A stretch of 64,000 bases of DNA from NCBI GenBank assembly GCA_903916595.1, contig CAIWXI010000055.1, positions 7,870 to 71,869 on the forward strand. The letters run 5' to 3'. Both the position numbers and the translations under genes were made by a program. The notes below the pieces were generated by a model. That model searched no databases, was not told the origin of the DNA, and saw only the letters and a program-made list of their open reading frames with translations. Positions 57,099 through 64,000 of this stretch are shown piece after piece. How positions within the stretch are numbered: the stretch's first letter is position 1; each line of letters begins with the position of its first letter. The stretch is from an uncultured Bacteroidales bacterium (GTDB lineage Bacteria > Bacteroidota > Bacteroidia > Bacteroidales > FEN-979).

Positions 57099-58206
57099 AA
57101 TAGTTTTTTACATCAAAACCACCTTCTCTGAGGTATTTATCTTTTTTCATCAGCCGCAGGTCACCTGCCACCATATCCTTTACAAGTGAGGCAAGGTCAT
57201 GTTTCGGCACCCAGCCAAGTTTTGTCTTGGCTTTTGTGGGATCTCCGATTAACAACTCTACTTCAGTAGGCCTGAAATATCTCGGGTCAACACTTACTAC
57301 GACACTCCCTGGCGCCACCTGGTATTCGGGATCAAGGCATTCTCTCACAATGCCTTTTTCGTTCACTCCTTCACCTTCAAAGCCAACGACTATTCCAAGT
57401 TCATTGAATGCCATCCTCACAAAGTCCCGTACTTCGGTGGTAACGCCTGTTGCTATCACAAAATCTTCAGGGGTTTCCTGCTGCAGAATCAGGTACATGG
57501 CCTTCACGTAATCCTTTGCATGGCCCCAGTCGCGTTTAGCCGACAAATTGCCGAGGTGGATCGTCTCCTGAAGACCAAGAGCGATTTTTGCCACGGCCCG
57601 GGTTATTTTACGTGTGACGAAAGTTTCGCCCCTGATGGGTGATTCGTGGTTGAACAATATTCCGTTGCAGGCAAACATATTGTATGCCTCGCGGAAGTTC
57701 ACAACGATCCAGTACCCGTAAAGCTTGGCCACGGCATAAGGGGAGCGGGGATAGAAGGGAGTCTTTTCCGTTTGGGGGACTTCCTGCACCAGGCCATAAA
57801 GTTCGCTTGTAGAAGCCTGGTAGAACCTGGTTTTTTTAGTAAGGCCCAGCAGCCTGATAGCTTCCAGCAACCTTAAAGTGCCCAGGGCATCGGCATTGGC
57901 CGTGTATTCAGAAGTTTCAAAACTAACCTGCACGTGCGACATGGCCGCGATATTGTAAATTTCGTCGGGTTGGGTCTCCTGCACTATCCTGATCAGGTTG
58001 GTCGAATCGGTCATATCGCCATAATGCAGGAAGAAATTCTTGTTCGTTGCGAAGGGATCCTGATAAAGGTGGTCGATACGGTCGGTATTGAAGAGTGAGG
58101 CCCTTCGCTTGATTCCATGAACAATATATCCAAGTTTAAGAAGATATTCCGACAAGTATGCTCCATCCTGTCCTGTGACTCCGGTAATTAATGCAACTTT
58201 ACTCAT
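57091..58206 (-). CDS. gmd: GDP-mannose 4,6-dehydratase
   Basis: Canonical N-terminus [29 protein letters not shown] and [16 protein letters not shown]. Confidence 0.9.
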   Translation of the reverse strand: MSKVALITGVTGQDGAYLSEYLLKLGYIVHGIKRRASLFNTDRIDHLYQDPFATNKNFFLHYGDMTDSTNLIRIVQETQPDEIYNIAAMSHVQVSFETSEYTANADALGTLRLLEAIRLLGLTKKTRFYQASTSELYGLVQEVPQTEKTPFYPRSPYAVAKLYGYWIVVNFREAYNMFACNGILFNHESPIRGETFVTRKITRAVAKIALGLQETIHLGNLSAKRDWGHAKDYVKAMYLILQQETPEDFVIATGVTTEVRDFVRMAFNELGIVVGFEGEGVNEKGIVRECLDPEYQVAPGSVVVSVDPRYFRPTEVELLIGDPTKAKTKLGWVPKHDLASLVKDMVAGDLRLMKKDKYLREGGFDVKNYYE

Positions 58207-58241
58207 AGCTGTATGTTTATGTAAATCTATAAAAATTCCAA

Positions 58242-60614
58242 TTAAAATCTCCTGTTAAGATCATTGAAAAACTGTCGGATTCCAGGAATTATCCGTAACC
58301 TCATCTGCCTTTTATCAGGATTAAATGAATTGAAACTGATATCTCGTACTTTAATCTTCTGTTTCACATCAGTGAAAACGATGTTCAGCCGCCTCATGTT
58401 ATTTTCGACAGCTTCAGTAACTGAAGTAGCAAATTGTTTCTTTATCGAATAATTATATCTGACAACAAAGAGCGTCACATCAGCATAACGGTTGAGCAAA
58501 TAAGCATCTCCCACGAAACCGATGGCAGGTGTATCCATGATGATGAATTCGTACATCTTGCGGAGTTCGGTAAACATCTGCCGGGTTTTCTCCGATTCGA
58601 TCAGCTCGTCGGGATTCGGCGGGACAGGTCCTGAAAGTAAAATATCCAGGTTCTTGGTAACCGTTTTCTGAATGACCTGATTTACAGGAATGTCATTGAT
58701 GAGGTAGTTTGTGATACCTTCACTGCGTGTAAGATTAAATGTTTCTGCAATTTTAGGCCGCTGGAGGTCAAAACCAAGCAGAAGGGTACGTTTCCCGGCA
58801 AGCGCATAGATCGAAGCCAGGTTAGTGGCAAGAAACGTCTTTCCTTCCTCAACAAAAGAAGAAGTGATGGCAATTACCTGTTCTCCTTTCTGAGGGTCGA
58901 GGTTAAGCTTGATTTTAATGACACGCAAAATCTCGGTGAACACAGAATTTGCATGAAGAAGGGCTTTCCCCGTCCGCTTGTCGGTGTTCCTGATAAGTAC
59001 TCCTACTATGGGTAAATCAGAAATAGCTTCGATATCATCCTGCGACATAATACGGTTGTTGAACAACACAATCATAAACAGTAAAACAGCAGGGATCAGC
59101 AGCGCCCAAATAATGGCATTAACATACGCATTACCTGGGCTGGCAGAAACAATGCTTATTCCGGTGTCGCCGGCATAATCTACAATTTCATGATCAGGCA
59201 TGTTTCCTGCACGCTGGATTTCCACCTCTGATTTTCGCTGGAGCAAAAAATCATACAATGTATTGTATACTTTATATTTCCTTTCTATTTGCAGGTATTC
59301 GCGTTCGATCCCGGGAAGTTCCGCGAACTTTGCTTCCTTTTCCTGAAGTTGTTTGTCAGTATCATTAATTTTTGTTTTAGTAGTTGCAATGACGCTGTTC
59401 ATGTTTTCGATCAATGCAGTCTTCATGTTGAGGATTTGTTCTTCCAGCGTCAGGATATATGGATTCTTCCTGGAAGAATTGGCGATAAGGTTATCTTTCT
59501 CGAGAGTGACCGTCGATAATTTCAATACCAGATCAGAAAAAAGCGGCAAACTTAGTCCAACAGTAGAAGGCATCACAACATCTTCAAACCTGCTGTGGGT
59601 TAGCAGGTAATTCAGCAAATATTCATAATACTTCAGGTCAGCTATAAAACCGGCCTTGGTTTTCGAATCATTGTTCATCTCGCTGAGAATCATTGCAGCC
59701 TTGGCCGACAACTGCATGAATTTATTGCTTTTGCGGAATTCTTCAAGCTGATGGGCGGCCGAATCAAGGTCAACACCCATCTGACGAACCTGACCATTGA
59801 TGAATTCGATAGTGTTTGTCAGTATCTTGTTTTTCTTTTCCATATTGGTGGTTAGCAACATCCGAGTCAGCTCATTAAGATAATCTTTCTCTTTTTCCTT
59901 GTTCGGACCCGAAGAGGAAATGATAATGACGGATGCTTCTTTTGCAGGCTCAATTAAAGTTTTATTCCGGTACTGGCTTGTTAACTGGTTGATGTCATTA
60001 ACAATAAATCCGTATACCTGGTTATAGTAATCCTGAGGATGAATACTGTCTTTCAATGCCACCGAGAAGGAATAGTCTTTACCGGCAATCTGGTCGCCGA
60101 ACCGGTATGTTTTCGCATCTTTGAGAAGCGAAGGATTTTCAGACCATATCTGAAATTTATCCTCCCCGATGAATTTAAGATTAAATTGTTCAGATTTTAT
60201 CTGCTGATGGTTCGAGTCAAGCCTGACAATAAACGGACTGCGTTTATAAATCTCCTCCCAGATATACTTCCCTTTCGCAAAGTAAGTGATACGGAAATCA
60301 AGAGTCTGAATGATCAGCCTGATCTGGGAGAAAGACTTTAAAATAGCAATCTGGTTATCAATTAGTTTTGAATTCAGAAAGAGAGGATCAGCCGAAATTG
60401 AACCTCGCTGTTCAAGAACCGATTTATTGCTTTTATCCTCAATAAGAACCGATGTGGAAAGGCTGTAAATGGGAATAACATACCTGTTTTTTACCATTGC
60501 GAACACACAAGCCAGTATCAATGCAAAGACAAACAAATACCAGTTTCTCAGATATTTATTCAGCACCCTTTTGAAATCAAGCCCGCCTGTCAGGCCGGAA
60601 CTGGCTTTTCCCAC
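58242..60614 (-). CDS. wzc: polysaccharide co-polymerase with C-terminal P-loop (BY-kinase-like) domain, Wzc/GumC-like
   Basis: Two TM segments flank a long coiled periplasmic region. The C-terminal P-loop is [16 protein letters not shown]. No C-terminal Tyr cluster is visible. Confidence 0.75.
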   Translation of the reverse strand: MGKASSGLTGGLDFKRVLNKYLRNWYLFVFALILACVFAMVKNRYVIPIYSLSTSVLIEDKSNKSVLEQRGSISADPLFLNSKLIDNQIAILKSFSQIRLIIQTLDFRITYFAKGKYIWEEIYKRSPFIVRLDSNHQQIKSEQFNLKFIGEDKFQIWSENPSLLKDAKTYRFGDQIAGKDYSFSVALKDSIHPQDYYNQVYGFIVNDINQLTSQYRNKTLIEPAKEASVIIISSSGPNKEKEKDYLNELTRMLLTTNMEKKNKILTNTIEFINGQVRQMGVDLDSAAHQLEEFRKSNKFMQLSAKAAMILSEMNNDSKTKAGFIADLKYYEYLLNYLLTHSRFEDVVMPSTVGLSLPLFSDLVLKLSTVTLEKDNLIANSSRKNPYILTLEEQILNMKTALIENMNSVIATTKTKINDTDKQLQEKEAKFAELPGIEREYLQIERKYKVYNTLYDFLLQRKSEVEIQRAGNMPDHEIVDYAGDTGISIVSASPGNAYVNAIIWALLIPAVLLFMIVLFNNRIMSQDDIEAISDLPIVGVLIRNTDKRTGKALLHANSVFTEILRVIKIKLNLDPQKGEQVIAITSSFVEEGKTFLATNLASIYALAGKRTLLLGFDLQRPKIAETFNLTRSEGITNYLINDIPVNQVIQKTVTKNLDILLSGPVPPNPDELIESEKTRQMFTELRKMYEFIIMDTPAIGFVGDAYLLNRYADVTLFVVRYNYSIKKQFATSVTEAVENNMRRLNIVFTDVKQKIKVRDISFNSFNPDKRQMRLRIIPGIRQFFNDLNRRF

Positions 60615-60617
60615 AGC

Positions 60618-61409
60618 TTATAATTTTGTTAATGTCAGAACCAAAACTGCCAATGATGCCAGAGACATCAGTACGGTCAATGAAAATGTCGGGGTGATAC
60701 CAAACGATTTTGCTTTCATAGGCTCGGCGTAAATAATGTCGTTGGGATATACATAAAACATATTTTTACTGATCAGCCCACCGCTCCTGAGGTCAATAAC
60801 GTACATCTTTTTCTCTCCATGTTCATTACGCAACACTTTTATTTTTCCCCTCTTGGCATAATCGGTCAAACCTTCGGCCAGTGAAATCGCTTCAAAAATC
60901 GAAAGTTTGTTGCGTGTCATATTATAGGTTCCCTGTTTTGTAAACTCCCCCAGCATATAAATCGTGTTGTTGATCAGAGTAAGTTCAACCCGGCATCGCG
61001 AAACAAGAGAGCCAGCATGAGCCTTTATAGTATCTCGTGCCTGACGAAGAGTAAGACCTCCCAGCTTAATGATTCCCAGATAAGGGAAATAAATAGTTCC
61101 GTCTTCATATACATGGTACCCCACAAGCGCCTGGTTCTCAGCATTCAAATAATTGATGCCTGCAACGGGCTCAATAAATTCGGTAAGAGGTTTTTCAACA
61201 GAAGTAATGCTGATGTACAGATAATCATTCGATTGGATCCGGTAGATCGAATCTTCAAATTGTTTTCCGTTAAAGTGGTTTGCATAAGTACTGTCGATCA
61301 GCTTATCGTACTGCATCAGCAGAAGGTTCTTCTGAGGAATGCATGAAGAGAAAAAAAGAAGAGTCGAAATAACGATAAATTGAAGCAGACGATTTCTATG
61401 GAATAACAT
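60618..61409 (-). CDS. wza: outer-membrane polysaccharide export lipoprotein (Wza/Poly_export-SLBB family)
   Basis: Lipobox LLFFSSC, the YRIQSNDYLYISI Poly_export pattern, and a C-terminal hydrophobic helix. Confidence 0.75.
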   Translation of the reverse strand: MLFHRNRLLQFIVISTLLFFSSCIPQKNLLLMQYDKLIDSTYANHFNGKQFEDSIYRIQSNDYLYISITSVEKPLTEFIEPVAGINYLNAENQALVGYHVYEDGTIYFPYLGIIKLGGLTLRQARDTIKAHAGSLVSRCRVELTLINNTIYMLGEFTKQGTYNMTRNKLSIFEAISLAEGLTDYAKRGKIKVLRNEHGEKKMYVIDLRSGGLISKNMFYVYPNDIIYAEPMKAKSFGITPTFSLTVLMSLASLAVLVLTLTKL

Positions 61410-61503
61410 ATTAAATGATCCCTTTATTATTTACGTTCGAGCTTAATAGGTAACAAACTTACATAAAATTAAAATCAGAATAACAGACCGTGGACAAGGC
61501 CCG

Positions 61504-61511
61504 CAAATATA
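61504..61511 (-). promoter_or_regulatory. -7-type promoter box TATATTTG upstream of the wza-like gene
   Basis: Exact TAnnTTTG match on the minus strand, about 95 nt upstream of ATG 61409. Confidence 0.35.
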
Positions 61512-61520
61512 CTTCCGGTT

Positions 61521-63092
61521 CTATTTGCACCTCTTGTTGATAAAGCGAAGTACGTCACTCCGGGTGATGGGTTTAAGCAAATGTCCCTGAAATTTATTTT
61601 CGGCAATCCGGTCGATGTAACTTTTTGCAGTAAAAGCAGTCTGGGCCAGAAACGGCACCGAATGATATTCGGGCCATCGCTTCTCAATCTCTTTTTTCAG
61701 CAGTATGCCATCCCAGGGTTTGGGCAAGCCAATATCCATGACCACTGCATTGAATATGACCCCTTTATTGTACAAGATCTCGACAATATTCAGAGCTTCG
61801 TTACCAGAATAAGCCAATGAAACATCGCAAATATCTTCAACATACATCTTCAGTATCCTGGCGGTGAATTTCTCATCTTCCACGATGAGTATGTTTAATG
61901 ATTTACTGCGGATGGCATCTTCCAGAGCCGAAAGATCGTCGGTATTTTCATTCTCTGTAGCAAGCGGCAGGATGAGCTGGGCAATTTCACCCATGGTTGC
62001 TCCGGTAGCAAATTTTATTTTACCGTTAATACGGTTGAGGGAATGCAGCATAGTTTTGATCTCAGGGTTTTGAGCGATAACCGGGTTGCTGAGGTCGTAA
62101 TCTTCATTTCCGTTTTCCCTTTTGATAAAATTGATAATCCCCTGAGGAATATCCTGCCCCAGGTTGTCGATTGCAATAGTTACCTTTCCGGCCTTGTGAT
62201 CTTCGGTGACTTCCAAAAGTACTTCATCATTACGAGTATAAAGCAGGGCCTTTTCAAGCAAAAATTTTAGCAGCTCCTGAAGCAGTAATTCATCGGAAAA
62301 CACGGTTAAGTCATCAGTCTGCTTTATCCTGATGCTGATGTTGTTTTGTCGTGCAACAGGATCGAGAAGGATTCCTGCTTTTTGTAAAACAGGCGCCAGT
62401 TTTACAAGTGATTTAACAACCTCATAAGAATCTTTTTCACCAATACTGATCTGGTTAAGCAATTTTTTCAGATGATTTCCGCTTTTAAGAATTGAATCCA
62501 GATTGCCTGATAATTTTTCATCCTTTGATATAGCCGGGTCTCTTGCAAGGATAGAACCAAATCCGAGCATGTTATTCAGCTGGTTTCTGATCTGGTGCTC
62601 AAAATCAGCGGGCCAGCGAATCTGAGTCTCATTCCCCGGTAGAAGTTTCGCCCCCTGCGGAAGTTCTTCCTGGAACGGAACCGCAATCTCCCTTGGAGTC
62701 ATGCCAATCTCCTTATCAGCGATCTCAACGCAGGTACAGAGGAATTTCTGTCCTTCGATTTCCTTGAAATCAACCATGACGGGAATCAGGTAGCGGCGGG
62801 TATCAAGCAGAAACAGCCTGGTTGTAAATTCTGAAAATTGCCGTGAATCGAAAGGATTGTCAATATTTTTAACAGTAATAAAAATATCCCTTACATGAAA
62901 CTCTTTAGCTTCCTCTTCTGAATAGCCTGTCAATTGTTGTGCTTTATTGTTCAGAAGAAACAAATCCCCGTCTGTATCGGTAAGAAATGTGGCTTCCTTT
63001 TTACTGTCAACCAGAGTTTTATAATACTCTTTATTGGCAAGGGATTTTTTTTCCCGGCTATCACGATTTCCGAATACTGTCCGAATGGCCAT
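61521..63092 (-). CDS. PAS - histidine-kinase-like (degenerate ATPase) - receiver protein
   Basis: PAS-like N-terminus (FLTDTDGDLFLLNNKAQQLTGYSEEEA) and H-box-like FEHQIRNQLNNMLGF. The ATPase boxes are poorly conserved (LLEKALLYT, IDNLGQDIP). C-terminal receiver is ILIVEDEKF...VVMDIGLPKPWDG...LLKP. Confidence 0.65.
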   Translation of the reverse strand: MAIRTVFGNRDSREKKSLANKEYYKTLVDSKKEATFLTDTDGDLFLLNNKAQQLTGYSEEEAKEFHVRDIFITVKNIDNPFDSRQFSEFTTRLFLLDTRRYLIPVMVDFKEIEGQKFLCTCVEIADKEIGMTPREIAVPFQEELPQGAKLLPGNETQIRWPADFEHQIRNQLNNMLGFGSILARDPAISKDEKLSGNLDSILKSGNHLKKLLNQISIGEKDSYEVVKSLVKLAPVLQKAGILLDPVARQNNISIRIKQTDDLTVFSDELLLQELLKFLLEKALLYTRNDEVLLEVTEDHKAGKVTIAIDNLGQDIPQGIINFIKRENGNEDYDLSNPVIAQNPEIKTMLHSLNRINGKIKFATGATMGEIAQLILPLATENENTDDLSALEDAIRSKSLNILIVEDEKFTARILKMYVEDICDVSLAYSGNEALNIVEILYNKGVIFNAVVMDIGLPKPWDGILLKKEIEKRWPEYHSVPFLAQTAFTAKSYIDRIAENKFQGHLLKPITRSDVLRFINKRCK

Positions 63093-63191
63093 GGGCAGAA
63101 TAATAATATCCTGTTAATCAGCAGGGGATGCTGATTTTTCAACAAATTTAGTTAATTATTATTTAATGAAGAAAATAAATTGATCATTCCA

Positions 63192-63698
63192 TTATGAATA
63201 CAGCCACAGCAGGGTCATTGCGGCCAGGGCAAGGATCAATACAATGACCAGAAACCGTTGCTTGTATTTTTTTATCTGTTGTTTGTTTCTTGCCATTTCC
63301 CCGCGTAACTTCATGGAATCGAGAACCTGGCTTAATGTTTTTGTAAGATTTGGGACCAGATCCTCATCCTTCACAATAAAATCAACGGCTCCTTTTTTTA
63401 ACATCCCGGTAGCCTGATCTATATCGGTATTCGAAGTAAGGATGATAACCGGGAGACTTTTACTAATTCTGCGGATGAAGCGCAGGATTTTATCTCCGTT
63501 CATGGCAACACCCTGTTCACTTTCAATAAAATAATCAAGCAGGATAATGTCGGGGTCTTCTTCCCAGAAAGAGATCATTTGTTCGCCTGAACTGAAAGTT
63601 TGAGCCGAATATCCGTGAATTTCAAGTGAAACACGCAAGGTTTCAGCAAACATTTCATTGTCTTCAACAATGAAAATAGTGGGTTTAATCTTTTCCAT
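63192..63698 (-). CDS. stand-alone receiver domain with C-terminal membrane anchor
   Basis: IFIVEDNEMF...IILLDYFIESE...KGAVDFIVK is followed by the hydrophobic tail FLVIVLILALAAMTLLWLY. The start overlaps the upstream stop by 14 nt. Confidence 0.7.
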   Translation of the reverse strand: MEKIKPTIFIVEDNEMFAETLRVSLEIHGYSAQTFSSGEQMISFWEEDPDIILLDYFIESEQGVAMNGDKILRFIRRISKSLPVIILTSNTDIDQATGMLKKGAVDFIVKDEDLVPNLTKTLSQVLDSMKLRGEMARNKQQIKKYKQRFLVIVLILALAAMTLLWLYS

Positions 63699-63999
63699 CT
63701 TTATCTTCCAGATTATCCATTAACAGCCGGTTATCGACTTTCATTCTGAGGGTTTTATTTTGCAGCTTCCGACTCATGAATAACGCCTTTATGAGTTTGT
63801 ACAGGGTCAGAAATTCCGAAAACAAAATCACTTCAAGTATCAAAAGCGGAGCAACCAGCGACAATTTTTCGGAGCGCAGCAGAAATCCGGTAACAATAAT
63901 TACAATATTTGCGGTGTATAGAACTTTTGCCGATTTAGGGTGGTTGAATCCGGTTTGCATCAACAGGTGATGAATATGTGTTTTGTCGGGACTGAAGGG
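63685..63999 (-). CDS. C-terminal part of a WecA/MraY-family (GT4-family phospho-sugar) initiating transferase, N-terminus outside window
   Basis: Extending the track ORF to the window edge gives PFSPDKTHIHHLLMQTGFNHPKSAKVLY. This matches the conserved (S/Q)(P/A)D..H(I/L)HH.L motif near the C-terminus of WecA/WbpL-type enzymes. TM segments follow. Confidence 0.65.
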   Translation of the reverse strand, partial: PFSPDKTHIHHLLMQTGFNHPKSAKVLYTANIVIIVTGFLLRSEKLSLVAPLLILEVILFSEFLTLYKLIKALFMSRKLQNKTLRMKVDNRLLMDNLEDKDGKD

Positions 64000-64000
64000 C

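Noticed and set aside
63117-63135. 7-bp-stem hairpin (ATCAGCA-GGGGA-TGCTGAT) followed by TTTTT on the plus strand
   Set aside because: It looks like a plus-strand intrinsic terminator, but both flanking genes are on the minus strand, where no U-tract follows the stem. At most it is an mRNA structure between the receiver gene and the PAS-kinase-like gene.
1-64000. Search by eye for tRNA, rRNA, CRISPR arrays, transposases, integrases and phage genes
   Set aside because: Nothing of this kind was recognised. Intergenic regions are short, the longest being about 300 nt at 4464-4773, and they show only AT-rich promoter-like sequence. This is not an exhaustive computational scan.

Overview
Bacteroidota-type chromosomal segment, judged from T9SS C-terminal sorting domains, TAnnTTTG-like promoter boxes and typical gene families. 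From left to right it holds a truncated GPH sugar symporter and a 1154-aa possible glycan phosphorylase. Next come a STAS protein, a FIST/hybrid-histidine-kinase phosphorelay operon, two L,D-transpeptidases and an esterase. The most interesting part lies at about 14.6-33.3 kb. It has three paralogous NHLP (nitrile-hydratase-leader-peptide) type precursor genes with double-glycine sites and unrelated short cores. It also has a divergently transcribed exporter trio (HlyD-like adaptor, C39-peptidase ABC, second ABC) and a membrane-spanning TPR-AraC regulator. The same region carries two T9SS-secreted proteins (one a C10 cysteine peptidase), a QW-repeat terpene-cyclase/prenyltransferase-like protein translationally coupled to an AbiEii-like nucleotidyltransferase, and a 343-aa orphan. 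No YcaO, LanM/LanB/LanC or radical-SAM maturase is visible in the window. A 54-nt element with 10-bp-phased TTAC repeats occurs three times in this locus, each at the same distance upstream of a promoter-like box. After an ABC-F ATPase and a TPP decarboxylase, the right part (37.2-64 kb) is a large minus-strand polysaccharide locus. It contains wza/wzc-like genes, gmd, fcl, wzm/wzt, 7 GT2 and 3 GT-B-type transferases, a Wzy-like protein, a deacetylase, acyl/acetyltransferases and a UppS paralogue, and is headed by a WecA-like transferase and receiver-domain proteins. No rRNA, tRNA, CRISPR array, transposase or integrase was recognised. All family calls are motif-level recognitions made by eye from the translations, and none was verified by a database search.
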